Below, one piece after another: positions 46,342-56,354 of a stretch of DNA of 64,000 nucleotides. The notes under the pieces were generated by a model. The model saw only the letters and a program-made list of their open reading frames with translations. It did no database searches and had not been told where the DNA came from. The DNA is from a phage. The stretch lies in NCBI GenBank assembly GCA_026683435.1, contig GCA_026683435.1_4866.1; one strand, given 5' to 3'. The position numbers were made by a program, and so were the translations under genes. How positions within the stretch are numbered: the first letter of the stretch is position 1; every line of letters starts with the position of its first letter.

Positions 46342-46914
46342 TTACACTTTAGGTGCGGTAGTCTGTTGCTTCGCGTTGCTCTTATTCAGCTTGTATTCAA
46401 CAACCTTGGCACCAATGGCCATCGAATTGTAAGCAAGTGTCTTAATCGGCCATGTAAAGAACACGGCCTGAGCAAACAAAGGTAAGAGCGCCACAATCAG
46501 CACATCCGTTAACTCCTGTGGATAATGTAGGTGCGTGTCCCAGGCCATCGCGCCAGTAATCACCACAGTGGTCAGCACCAACAAAACGATAAGGACTTTC
46601 TGCGGACCTTTCAAATTTGGCCACAGGGTCAATAACGTTTCTTTGGCGAGCTTTTCATCCATGCTTTCTACGGCGGCTTTTGCTTGCGATTCAAACGTTT
46701 TCGCCATGTTCCCTACCTGCTCAAGGATGAGGGGGCGTAAAGAAGTAAGAATCACGTTAGCAGGTTTAGTGACATCAATTTCAACATCACTTCCCAAAGC
46801 GGTCTGGGCGGCTGTTTTTAGTCGGTTACTCTCTTCCAGGCTTAATTTATTGGTGCCCGCCTGGATAAGAACATCCAACACATCCGTCGAGGCTTCTTGC
46901 AAAGACTGCGACAT
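46342..46914 (-). CDS. membrane protein with two C-terminal TM helices (190 aa)
   Basis: Hydrophobic segments VLIVLLVLTTVVITGAMAW and VLIVALLPLFAQAVFFTWPI. Confidence 0.55.
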   Translation of the reverse strand: MSQSLQEASTDVLDVLIQAGTNKLSLEESNRLKTAAQTALGSDVEIDVTKPANVILTSLRPLILEQVGNMAKTFESQAKAAVESMDEKLAKETLLTLWPNLKGPQKVLIVLLVLTTVVITGAMAWDTHLHYPQELTDVLIVALLPLFAQAVFFTWPIKTLAYNSMAIGAKVVEYKLNKSNAKQQTTAPKV

Positions 46915-46916
46915 CG

Positions 46917-47567
46917 CTATTTCCTCCGGCGTCTTCCTTTCCGCTTACCGGCCTTAGCTTTAGGAACTTTAACCTTGGGCGGAAGAAGACTATTTAGGTT
47001 TAATAAGTTGACCCTGACGAAGATATTGCCCACCGCCACGGCATCGATACTGTGTTCATCCAATACCGATAAGTCGCACCGGGTATGGTTCGCGTAGAGT
47101 TTGGTCACCGCTTGTTGCATATGCGATTTATCTGTACCCTTTGCTTCCACACCAACGTACGACTTCACAATAATAGGATTAAACCCATGGAGATATTTTT
47201 CGGGAAACACGTCCCAAAGCGTTCGCCGCAACATCAGTTGCAACTCCACCCCAGATTCGTACGCTGAGAGCTTAGCTCTTCGCATGAACGGTGTTTCGGT
47301 AGCGACAAAAGTCGGCCTTGCCAGTTTTAAAAACTCACGAAAGCGTTCTTCTAATTCTACCAAACGCGCATCGCGTTTCCCTACGCACTCACCAAAAGAG
47401 CCATTGTGCGTAGGGTCCGCAACATGAGCCGTGCCCGCCCAGACAACTTCACCTTGAGGTTGGCCAAATTCCCAGTCGATAACCGCCATCCCAAGATGGG
47501 CAGTACCGGGGTCAACAGCCGCAATCCTCACCATACTGTCGGGTAACCTCGGCTCAGGAATCAGCAT
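46917..47567 (-). CDS. RuvC-like Holliday-junction resolvase with polybasic C-terminal tail
   Basis: IAAVDPGTAHLGMAVID (compare RuvC IGIDPGSRVTGYGV); ...ATETPF...; C-terminal DEHSIDAVAVG; tail KAKAGKRKGRRRRK. Confidence 0.55.
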   Translation of the reverse strand: MLIPEPRLPDSMVRIAAVDPGTAHLGMAVIDWEFGQPQGEVVWAGTAHVADPTHNGSFGECVGKRDARLVELEERFREFLKLARPTFVATETPFMRRAKLSAYESGVELQLMLRRTLWDVFPEKYLHGFNPIIVKSYVGVEAKGTDKSHMQQAVTKLYANHTRCDLSVLDEHSIDAVAVGNIFVRVNLLNLNSLLPPKVKVPKAKAGKRKGRRRRK

Positions 47568-48454
47568 CAGTTAGCTGTCCCTAAGAACCACGGTGCCGGC
47601 TGGCCGATACGGATGGTCAGTGACAGACGATCGTTGGTCTGTGCCAGGTTAGTGAACAGGGAGATGTAGTACAACGCCTGCACACCGATAGCTTCGTCGT
47701 AGCTGAACTGTGAACCGGTAGCCGACTCACCCGTTTCAGGGGTATCAACGCCAGAGCACAGCGCAATTTCAGAGATAATCGAACTGCGTGGCGTACCACG
47801 TAGAATCGCCGTCACGTTCATGTATTCCTGAACATCAAACTCAGTCCATGGAATCACCAGGTCTGCGCCCGATTCAACATAACGACCGTCGGGGATCTCT
47901 ACAGTGCCGTCATCGTCGTAATCGTAGTCTGGGAGTTCTTTCGGTACCGGGTTCAGTTCCGCATCGGTATAGACGAAATCTTTGACGGTTTCAACACCGT
48001 TTTCGCGAGTGATATCCAGGTCAGTGGTCTTCACTGCGCGCATGTCGATACGTTTCAGATAATACGCCCAGTAATCCCGCGCGCCGATAGTTTCACGAGT
48101 ACGGAAAGCGTACTGTTTACGTTGCTCATCAGACAAGTCATTATCCAACGTACGCAGTACCAATGGAACGCGCGAGAACATCCCTGACGCAATCGGGGAT
48201 TTCGCGACGGGAACAACGTCTGCCACAACATCAGACTGATCAACGATGTGACCACGGTTACCCACGCACATGTATCCTAAATGCGGACGTGTAGCGCCAT
48301 CGGGAACTTTCGAGGTCATGAGTTTATAAAACTCGTTCATCGTGGATTTCTGTGGGTACTGCACGTCAGCACCTGTCAATAACGCGGTCGTAAGTCGCAT
48401 CGCGTTAAGAGTCACTGTTGACAGTTTACCATCGTAAACTTTGGTGTTAGCCAT
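47567..48454 (-). CDS. structural-type hypothetical protein (295 aa), biased codon usage
   Basis: ORF track; preceded by a stand-alone N-module gene. Confidence 0.6.
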   Translation of the reverse strand: MANTKVYDGKLSTVTLNAMRLTTALLTGADVQYPQKSTMNEFYKLMTSKVPDGATRPHLGYMCVGNRGHIVDQSDVVADVVPVAKSPIASGMFSRVPLVLRTLDNDLSDEQRKQYAFRTRETIGARDYWAYYLKRIDMRAVKTTDLDITRENGVETVKDFVYTDAELNPVPKELPDYDYDDDGTVEIPDGRYVESGADLVIPWTEFDVQEYMNVTAILRGTPRSSIISEIALCSGVDTPETGESATGSQFSYDEAIGVQALYYISLFTNLAQTNDRLSLTIRIGQPAPWFLGTAN

Positions 48455-48974
48455 TTAAAAATTCTCCTGGGCGAAACCCGTCGAGTGCCCGTTTAGTTAC
48501 CAGCTGCGCCAGCTTACGGGGAGTTGGGTCAACAAAAGTAATCGCAATCGTGCCTTTGAAAGATAGATGGTGCGGGATTAAGCGCGCCTCATACGATTCC
48601 ATTTCTGGGGTAATCGGTTCAACCATGATATCGTAGGTGTCAAGCTGGAGACCCAGCTCATCGACAATATACGGAACTAATTCATGGCTCCACTCCGTTG
48701 CACCCTTCGGGACTTCAACCGTTACGCCTCTAAGTAACTTGTTTAAATCCGCGCGAGTCAGGTAAAACTCTTGGGTGCCGTGTACCCCGTTTACAAAGCG
48801 CGCTGCAACTTTAGACTCCACGCCTTTAGCGCGTCGCTCTGCTCGTGTCAGTGGCCACACCCCACGTGGGTTAAACTCGTAGTTATTTTCACTATACGAT
48901 AACTTAAAAACGTAATTGATTCTCTCAACCAGAATCTGTTTCGGGGTTTTTGATAAATCTATACGGTATCCCAT
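48447..48974 (-). CDS. stand-alone N-module protein (175 aa)
   Basis: ...TQEFYLTRADLNKLL...VDELGLQLDTYDI matches both module blocks. Confidence 0.55.
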   Translation of the reverse strand: MGYRIDLSKTPKQILVERINYVFKLSYSENNYEFNPRGVWPLTRAERRAKGVESKVAARFVNGVHGTQEFYLTRADLNKLLRGVTVEVPKGATEWSHELVPYIVDELGLQLDTYDIMVEPITPEMESYEARLIPHHLSFKGTIAITFVDPTPRKLAQLVTKRALDGFRPGEFLNG

Positions 48975-48981
48975 AAGTCTC

Positions 48982-51165
48982 TCACTTTGGTAATTGGTCT
49001 AGCCGGAAGCCATCCATGTCACGGTCGGCCACGCGCTCGGCAAGCGTCCACTCCTCAAATGACGTCCGCACACGGATAATATCAATAGGCGGCTGTACCA
49101 TATCGACCACAACATCCTGCTCGACCTTCACGCGGATACCAGGGTAGACATTCATCCGCAACTTAATACGTTGCGGGATTGCCATTTCCTTTATCACGGG
49201 AGCGACAGGGATGGGCTTATCCGTCGTCATGAATGAACTACGGCTCACACGCTGCACGTCTGTCAGAGGGTAAATGATATTTGTTGTATCGGCAGCCTCT
49301 GCGAGAATATCATCCAGAATCGGGATGACTGGGTCGGTGACATCGTAGGTGTCAGAACCCATACGTGCGGCAAAATGGACAGTATACGACGAGAGTTTCG
49401 TCATTAACCGCACCATCGCGCGTTGTATTTCAGCTTGTGAGACAGACGCACGTGTTTCCAGATTAGTGGCCACGTTTAAAGCGTCGGTGGCGATGTCCTG
49501 CCAGGTTTCCGCAGAGACTAACTCGTAATCAAAACCAAACGTTTTGAAGAACTCGTCGTAATCGCGGTAAGGTAGGTCAAGATCGCACTTATAGTCACGG
49601 TAGTGGTAGGTAAACAACATTGTGCCGGCAGCACGGTCGGCTAGCTTGTGTCGATTATACGAGTAACGGTAACGACGACGCTTCTGCACCATGATTTCGC
49701 TGATTTCATCGTACAACTCATCTGCAGACGTCAAATTACCGATAACTTCATGATGTGTGTCCGTGTAGTAGTTAATCAACGCATTAAAACGGCCGGGCCA
49801 TGAGCTTGGCAGATGCTGCTCCATCTCATCAAAACCAACCCAGCGTTTGATTAGCACACCAAACACGTTCCACACCGGGATCTTATCCAGTGCTACACCC
49901 GAATAACCTTTGAAGCTCGCATACAAGAACAGTGCCAGCAGCTCTTTTGAAGTGAGCTTTAGCGTATCCCCGTTCGTTGGGTTAAGAATTTCGTGGTAAA
50001 TCTTGTACTGTCCACGTGCCACGATATGCATCCACTCGTTGAACAAGCCATGCATAAATTCCCAACGTTCGATGGCCTCTGGGTCAATCGCCGTTACCTC
50101 AACTAACTTCGTTGGCAGGTTCGGATACTGCGTCAAGCTCAAACGCCGATCGAGGTCTTCCTGATAGTCAGGTTCGTGCACTGGGTTATTGTACGCCAGA
50201 TTGATTTCTTTCTGGATGATGTCAGTTGTGCTAACAATGTCCAGGTCACGGCCCGAGTCACGTTCAGTATAGTTAAGCGATGACTGGTAGCCGATCGGGA
50301 GTGGTGTCAGGTCATCATCACTGCCCGTCGTCGGGTCGTGAATCTGCTGGGCGACCTTATATCCAACAGCAGGCATACCCCAACCCGTCAGCAGGGTGTC
50401 AATCATCCAGGTAAAGATTTCTTCCTTACCAGAGTTACGTTCCCAGTAACGGATATTGCGATACAGTGTGAATTTCTGCTTGAGGGTCAGGTACGGCATG
50501 AACTCGTGCAGTTCTTGGTGTGAAGCCAAGAACTCGGTCACGTAGTAGGAGTGCGTTTCGGTCGTAAACTGTAACCGTTTGCGGATGTACATGATAAGCC
50601 CCGGCCACACCGGGTACTGTTGCATGTAAAAGGCCAGTACGAAACAGTCGTTGTGAACTTTCCAGCCATCGGCCATGAAACGCACATGTGCTGCACGAAT
50701 AAAGTTCTCAATATGTGTAATTAACGACGTCTCCTGCGGTTCAACTAAAGCAGGATCGTAATACAAAATTGAGCAGTCATCGACACGTATCGCATATGCA
50801 ATATCAATCGGATTGAAAGTACCGCGAATATATACTGCGTAGTCCGGATACTCGGCGATTAAGTCGTCGATATACTCCGGGTTAGAACGATATACGTTTG
50901 AGGTCTTTTTATGACGGGAGAGGTTCTGCGTCGTTAACTCTATCTGCTCTTGCGTGTCGAGTGACGTAATGTATATCGGCTTGTCGATTGCATGTCGTTT
51001 ACCTGCTAAGTGTAGGTAATACCGCCACGTCTCACGGTTCTCGGAAACGAAACCGCCGTTTTTGGTTATTGCCAGGTTCATCTGTTGTGCGATGCTCTCT
51101 GATTTGACAATCAGGGATTTCGCTAACTGGATAGCCTGGTCACGAAAAATGTTAAATCTCTGCAT
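48982..51165 (-). CDS. large hypothetical protein (about 728 aa)
   Basis: Track start 51177 is TTG; ATG at 51165 (MQRFNIF...); no nucleotide-binding motif seen. Confidence 0.7.
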   Translation of the reverse strand: MQRFNIFRDQAIQLAKSLIVKSESIAQQMNLAITKNGGFVSENRETWRYYLHLAGKRHAIDKPIYITSLDTQEQIELTTQNLSRHKKTSNVYRSNPEYIDDLIAEYPDYAVYIRGTFNPIDIAYAIRVDDCSILYYDPALVEPQETSLITHIENFIRAAHVRFMADGWKVHNDCFVLAFYMQQYPVWPGLIMYIRKRLQFTTETHSYYVTEFLASHQELHEFMPYLTLKQKFTLYRNIRYWERNSGKEEIFTWMIDTLLTGWGMPAVGYKVAQQIHDPTTGSDDDLTPLPIGYQSSLNYTERDSGRDLDIVSTTDIIQKEINLAYNNPVHEPDYQEDLDRRLSLTQYPNLPTKLVEVTAIDPEAIERWEFMHGLFNEWMHIVARGQYKIYHEILNPTNGDTLKLTSKELLALFLYASFKGYSGVALDKIPVWNVFGVLIKRWVGFDEMEQHLPSSWPGRFNALINYYTDTHHEVIGNLTSADELYDEISEIMVQKRRRYRYSYNRHKLADRAAGTMLFTYHYRDYKCDLDLPYRDYDEFFKTFGFDYELVSAETWQDIATDALNVATNLETRASVSQAEIQRAMVRLMTKLSSYTVHFAARMGSDTYDVTDPVIPILDDILAEAADTTNIIYPLTDVQRVSRSSFMTTDKPIPVAPVIKEMAIPQRIKLRMNVYPGIRVKVEQDVVVDMVQPPIDIIRVRTSFEEWTLAERVADRDMDGFRLDQLPK

Positions 51166-51176
51166 CGGAGACCCCA

Positions 51177-53921
51177 ATGGAAGATATTAGTAAATTAACG
51201 GGCGACCCCGCGGTAGCTGCCATACTGCGTAAGTCCACGAGCCCGTCGGCTCAGCAGCAACGCGGTAAGCGTGAAGATGGCGGTGTTACACCAACCCGTA
51301 CAGAACTCACGGGCATTGCGAGTAGCCGCATTCGCACCGTTAAAAATGCCGAACGTATCTTTGATGCGCTCCCTGAGTTAGAGGTCATTGTTACCATCGC
51401 GACCTCCTCGCTCCTGTCCACAAAAGATTTGATTAACACCACGCTGATTTACGACAACGTGGCTGATATCCCGATCGACCTGCGTCAGCAGTTATTGGAA
51501 CCTGTGCGTGAATTCCATGACCACACGCGTCAGTTACCCAACAAACTGTATCAGTGGATTTACGATGCACTGAAATCCAAAGGCGCGAGCCCGGTGTTGC
51601 TGATTTCAGATACCGGATTCGATGAACTCTTCGGCTTAAAGCCGTCTGTTGCAACCGAATCGTTGCGCCGTAGCCAATCCGACTTCTTTGAACGTCAGTT
51701 GGGTATCCTGGGCAAGATTGGCGGTGAAAACAAACCGAAGGTTGGTGTAGAAAGTATTCTGGGTCGTGCACGTGGAGCTGACAAGCCCACCAAGCCACAA
51801 ACCATTAAACTTAACTTTGCAGCAGCCCCTAACAGTCCGTTTAAAGCAGACGGTATGTTAGCTTCCCTGGATATCGTTATCACCGACAACCCGCGTATTA
51901 CCCTGCTACCAGAGGCTTATCGCCGTGTGGCACAGGAGAATGCTCGCACCGGCCTGTTCGGTCAGTTAGAGCAGTACGCATATGAACAACCTTCTACGCC
52001 GACAGGTGCGTCAGCGTATAACGCTGACCAGTTCACAGACAGCGAACAAGAGAAGGCAAAACTCGGTTTAATCAACATCGGCGACCTCAACGAAGCGTAC
52101 CAGAAAACGCCTGAGCAAAAGCTTTACGGCGAAGTACCGAAGATGAGTTTCTCCGATGCCAACAAAATCGAATACACGGAACGATTACTGCCAGCAGAGT
52201 CCACACTCCCACTCGTTATCGGTGACGATGTTCGTAACCCCATAGGTTATCTGGCCATCGTTGACGAAATGGGTAACTTCATTAACTCGCGTTCCACACT
52301 TTACGGTGATGCGAACTTCATGAACTACCTGAACAACGACGGTATGGTGGATTCAACAATCAACCGTGCAAATCTGGGGATGGGCAACACAACCCGAATC
52401 ACACCAGACATTGCTAACCGCTTAACAGCGCGTTATGGTGAGATTGCTGAAGACCAGCTAACCAAAGCTCTGGGTGAGGCGTTGGGTGGTGCTGAGATTA
52501 GCATGACAGTAACCGAAACGTTCAGCCGTATCATGTTAGCACGCCATCTGGCAAAACGCCACACGCAGGTTATCTATATTCCTGCGGAAAACCTTTGCTA
52601 CTTCGCCACAGACTTTGATGAAGACGGCATCGGTGTGTCTATTACCGAACGTTCGTTCGTTATCTCTACTGTCCGTATGGCGCTGCTGTTCGCTACCATG
52701 AACTCTGCGGTGTTAAACTCTGCCCGTCACATGCAGTACGACATTGAGTTGGCACCAGACGACATGAACGGTCAGAAAACAATTGACCAGCTGAAAACAG
52801 ACATCATGAACTCCTATAACCGTCGTCAACCGATGTGGGGGGACATGAACGACACCTGGGCAATGACGACAAACGCAGGTATTGCGTTTAACGTTATTGG
52901 TAACGACTACTACGGTAGTACCAAAGTGTCTGTGTCGGATACTACGCCGGATTATAAATACCCGGATAAGGATTTCGACGAAGGTCTGTTACGTCGCACT
53001 TGTCACATCGCTGGCGTTGACCCCGACCTGGTAATGACCCCCGAGAACATCGAATTCGCTTCACAGATTTTCTCTAAATCGTTACTGGTCACCCAGCAGG
53101 TTGTTAAGAAGCAAGAGATTCTCTCTAAGCCGCTGACACGTTACGTAGTTAATGGGATGTTGGCCTCTCCGTCGTTGCAATCAGCGATGATTAAAATCAT
53201 TGCAGAGTACATCAACGCTAACGGTAATGGGATGACTACTGACCAGATTACGAAAAAGGTCTCTGAGTACCTGGCTGCGTTTATCAACGGTATGAAAGTA
53301 ACCTTACCACCGCCAGACACCTCTGCAGCAGCTTCGCAGATGGAGCTGTTCGATAAACGTACGGAGTTCTTTGAGAAGCTGGCTGATCTGGTTGTAACGG
53401 ATGACATTGCTGCGCAACTCCAGCAAGAAGGCATCACGATGGACCCGAACGATCTGAAGACGATGATCAAGTCCTTCTATACGCGCAACTGGCTGCGTAA
53501 ACAAGGCATTGAAACCGACTTCTTCGATCTGGTTTACGACGATGATTCTCGTCAGGACAACATCACCATGATGACTGATGAAGCGATGGCTGCTTCGAAA
53601 ACGCTGATTCAATTGGCGAAACGTTTTACAGGTCGTCTGGAAACGTTGGCGAAAAATGCTGACCTTGACCCTAACGAATCTGCTGGCGGATTCAGCGGTG
53701 GTTTTGATGCGGGCGGTGACACCGGTGGCGGCGAGGGAGATCTCGGTGGTGGAGGTGACGATGATTTAGACCTCGATTTCGATACGGATAACGGAACCGA
53801 CGGGGATAGTACAGGGGAAACGACTGAGTCGACCGAAACCACGGAAACAACTACCGAGGGAACGGAAGGCACAGAAGGTGGTGAAGGAACTACCGACGAC
53901 AACCCAGACAACGTCCTCTAA
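51177..53921 (+). CDS. 914-aa protein with acidic low-complexity C-terminal tail; candidate portal protein (speculative)
   Basis: ATG at 51177 with GGAG SD; C-terminus DLDLDFDTDNGTDGDSTGETTESTETTETTTEGTEGTEGGEGTTDDNPDNVL; one of only two plus-strand genes. Confidence 0.65.
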   Translation: MEDISKLTGDPAVAAILRKSTSPSAQQQRGKREDGGVTPTRTELTGIASSRIRTVKNAERIFDALPELEVIVTIATSSLLSTKDLINTTLIYDNVADIPIDLRQQLLEPVREFHDHTRQLPNKLYQWIYDALKSKGASPVLLISDTGFDELFGLKPSVATESLRRSQSDFFERQLGILGKIGGENKPKVGVESILGRARGADKPTKPQTIKLNFAAAPNSPFKADGMLASLDIVITDNPRITLLPEAYRRVAQENARTGLFGQLEQYAYEQPSTPTGASAYNADQFTDSEQEKAKLGLINIGDLNEAYQKTPEQKLYGEVPKMSFSDANKIEYTERLLPAESTLPLVIGDDVRNPIGYLAIVDEMGNFINSRSTLYGDANFMNYLNNDGMVDSTINRANLGMGNTTRITPDIANRLTARYGEIAEDQLTKALGEALGGAEISMTVTETFSRIMLARHLAKRHTQVIYIPAENLCYFATDFDEDGIGVSITERSFVISTVRMALLFATMNSAVLNSARHMQYDIELAPDDMNGQKTIDQLKTDIMNSYNRRQPMWGDMNDTWAMTTNAGIAFNVIGNDYYGSTKVSVSDTTPDYKYPDKDFDEGLLRRTCHIAGVDPDLVMTPENIEFASQIFSKSLLVTQQVVKKQEILSKPLTRYVVNGMLASPSLQSAMIKIIAEYINANGNGMTTDQITKKVSEYLAAFINGMKVTLPPPDTSAAASQMELFDKRTEFFEKLADLVVTDDIAAQLQQEGITMDPNDLKTMIKSFYTRNWLRKQGIETDFFDLVYDDDSRQDNITMMTDEAMAASKTLIQLAKRFTGRLETLAKNADLDPNESAGGFSGGFDAGGDTGGGEGDLGGGGDDDLDLDFDTDNGTDGDSTGETTESTETTETTTEGTEGTEGGEGTTDDNPDNVL

Positions 53922-53922
53922 A

Positions 53923-53986
53923 CAAAAAAAAGAAAAAGAAATAAGGTTTACCTCTCCCTTCGGGGAGAGGTACCTTTTCTTTTTTA
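53923..53986. terminator. bidirectional hairpin terminator between convergent genes
   Basis: acctctccc-ttcg-gggagaggt flanked by an A-run upstream and ttttcttttttaat downstream. Confidence 0.75.
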
Positions 53987-54286
53987 ATCTTCTGTAGCAG
54001 CTTTGGGTTTATTAACCAGTTCGTCGAGCATGATACCAATCGCCAGAGGGTCGTTCTGGAAAGGTTCTAGCTTTTCCAATACCTTTGTATCCTTTGCTGC
54101 TTTTAACGCCTTCAGGAGGCCTTTACGGGCGTTATAGAAGATTTGCCAGCGACGTCCATGACTGATCGCTGTTTTGGCTTTGTGGAAGTCGGCTAAGAAA
54201 GCTTCAGTCGCTTTGTTTTCAGGTAACTCAAAGCGAAAACGCACACTACGCTCAAAATCCATATTGACAACAATGAACTTTACCAT
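53984..54286 (-). CDS. hypothetical protein (100 aa)
   Basis: ORF track. Confidence 0.6.
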   Translation of the reverse strand: MVKFIVVNMDFERSVRFRFELPENKATEAFLADFHKAKTAISHGRRWQIFYNARKGLLKALKAAKDTKVLEKLEPFQNDPLAIGIMLDELVNKPKAATED

Positions 54287-54320
54287 GCTCGAACCTCATT
54301 ATAGAGCTACTCTATAATAA

Positions 54321-54605
54321 TTACGCCAGCGTAATGTGGTACTTATCAATGTCAGGGAATCGCTCTTTGATCATCCCGCAGAACATATCCAACACCGGAT
54401 CAGTTTTTGCGGCCTTCTCCATCTCAGGAAAAACACTACGCAGTGGCACGCCAGGGTTCTGCCCTGCCGTTTTCTTAAGCTCTTCTTTATACTTTGCCAA
54501 CAGAGATTTAACCCCTGTTGTCTTCGGGAAGCCACACCCTGCGACCCCATCGTTTTCAAAATAGATTACTGCTTCAACACTAGACATTTTAATACTCCTT
54601 TTCAT
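54321..54605 (-). CDS. hypothetical protein (94 aa)
   Basis: ORF track. Confidence 0.6.
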   Translation of the reverse strand: MKRSIKMSSVEAVIYFENDGVAGCGFPKTTGVKSLLAKYKEELKKTAGQNPGVPLRSVFPEMEKAAKTDPVLDMFCGMIKERFPDIDKYHITLA

Positions 54606-54610
54606 GATAG

Positions 54611-54646
54611 AATAAAAAATAATAATAGGAGACCCGAAGGTCTCCG
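54611..54646 (-). terminator. hairpin terminator after gene 54653..56323
   Basis: ggagacc-cgaa-ggtctcc preceded (plus) by aaaaaataataatag. Confidence 0.65.
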
Positions 54647-54652
54647 TATTAC

Positions 54653-56323
54653 TTAGTACAACACTGGTGCAGTTTTCTCACCATTGCTCAGAAGCAGGTA
54701 GGTGCGCTGCGGCAGCTGCATTAACACAATTGCATGTGGCACGTTTTCCTGTACTGCTTCGTAGATAGACACAACCGGGTCTGCGGTATTGCCCAGAGAC
54801 GCTACCGTAACTACGTCGTGTTTATCAACAGAATGGTACATGCCTGGAATCACGATGGTGAACTGGCTCTGAATCAGGTTAACCACCTTGCCAGAATCGC
54901 TCAGCTTGATAGTCAGTTTGCGCAGAGAGTTCGCTACCATCAGGAACAGGTCACGGAACCAGTCTTCATATTCACTTACGCCGTTGTCGCCAGCGGTTGC
55001 AGTGAACAGATCTTTTACGAAGAAATCAATATCGCTGATCTTCCGTTCGAAATCGATAGCTTTGAACTTCGGCACATCTTTACCGCGCTTAGTGCCCAGC
55101 GACAGCGCGTTGTGTACCAGGAAAGTGATATTCGCCAGGTACGCATTAGCAAAGCGAGAAATCTCACTGATAACCACTTCTGCTTCACTGCTGTTCGCAA
55201 TCGCATATTCGTGCAGTTCTTTCGTGTTCTTACGCAGTTCATCGATCGTACGCTTCACCTTAGCCATGATAGTTTCAACATCTTCTACCAACGCCAAGTT
55301 GTCGAGATCGGATTTCAGTGCGTCGTGCTTAGCAACAAATTGTTTCATACGCTCGCACATATCAGTGTTAACACCGACCAGATACGCGCGATAACTATCC
55401 CGTGCACGCACAATCAGGTCAGCCCCGTCGTAGAAAACAACCTCTTCATTACCGTTAAAGATATCTTGCAACGGTGTAGCCCAATCACGCGTTTCCGCGT
55501 AAACAGATTGCTTAATGCGACTGTTAGCTTCCTTCGCTGGAATCGACATTTTAAGCTCGGGGGTTTTCAGCTCGTGAAGTGCGTAGTCTTCCATCAAATC
55601 AATCTCCTGCAGAATGTTGTTAATTGGGCCATTGATAGTGTCCTTCTCGGTTTCTTCTGTTGCGCCGAGTGGGGAAAGCACTGGGTTATTAACTGTAGCA
55701 TTAGACACCGGCATTGGTTGTACAGGCACCGGTGCTGGTTCAGGCCGGGGCTGTTGTGCTGGGGCTACTTGCGCCGGTTGCGGGTTCAGAATAGGATCAT
55801 TGACCAGGTTAAGACCTTCACCGCCAGCAATCACGGTTAGTGCCGCATCTGTGTTACCAATCTTAACACCACCAGATGGCGCAGAAGACATGGTCAGGCC
55901 ATCAGTAACACGAACACCGCCAGAACTGTTACCGCCCAGTAACCCACCTGCGTTGCTACCACCACCTAAACCACCACTGCCACCCAAACCGCCAGACTGC
56001 TGAGAACGAATTTCGGCAAGAATCTTACCGACTTGTTCCCAAGCATTAACCAGTTTGGTGTGACGATCGTCGTTGTACGCGTCGCCTGCGTTATGCACCT
56101 GCTGATAGGCAGCTGCTTTATACGCATCGACCGCATATGCGATAACCTGTGCTTCACTACCCCCTTTGGATGCTGCCCATGCCGCAACATACGTCGCAAT
56201 CTTTAACGCCTGATCTGGCGGAATGCTACGGCTGCGCATCACATTATTCAGCTGCGACAGTACCGCGTCCTGATCGAGGTGTTTAACGATGACGTTTTTG
56301 ATTTGTTCAACAGTAATGCTCAT
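54653..56323 (-). CDS. structural-type protein (556 aa) with Gly-rich linker
   Basis: QQSGGLGGSGGLGGGSNAGGLLGGNSSGG linker, then Pro/Ala/Gln-rich stretch. Confidence 0.7.
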   Translation of the reverse strand: MSITVEQIKNVIVKHLDQDAVLSQLNNVMRSRSIPPDQALKIATYVAAWAASKGGSEAQVIAYAVDAYKAAAYQQVHNAGDAYNDDRHTKLVNAWEQVGKILAEIRSQQSGGLGGSGGLGGGSNAGGLLGGNSSGGVRVTDGLTMSSAPSGGVKIGNTDAALTVIAGGEGLNLVNDPILNPQPAQVAPAQQPRPEPAPVPVQPMPVSNATVNNPVLSPLGATEETEKDTINGPINNILQEIDLMEDYALHELKTPELKMSIPAKEANSRIKQSVYAETRDWATPLQDIFNGNEEVVFYDGADLIVRARDSYRAYLVGVNTDMCERMKQFVAKHDALKSDLDNLALVEDVETIMAKVKRTIDELRKNTKELHEYAIANSSEAEVVISEISRFANAYLANITFLVHNALSLGTKRGKDVPKFKAIDFERKISDIDFFVKDLFTATAGDNGVSEYEDWFRDLFLMVANSLRKLTIKLSDSGKVVNLIQSQFTIVIPGMYHSVDKHDVVTVASLGNTADPVVSIYEAVQENVPHAIVLMQLPQRTYLLLSNGEKTAPVLY

Positions 56324-56354
56324 TGTAAATAATACTCCTTAAGAGATGTAATAA

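Noticed and set aside
54734-55840. 368-aa and 168-aa plus-strand ORFs antisense to gene 54653..56323
   Set aside because: Antisense shadow ORFs without ribosome-binding sites; the minus-strand gene fits the colinear operon structure.
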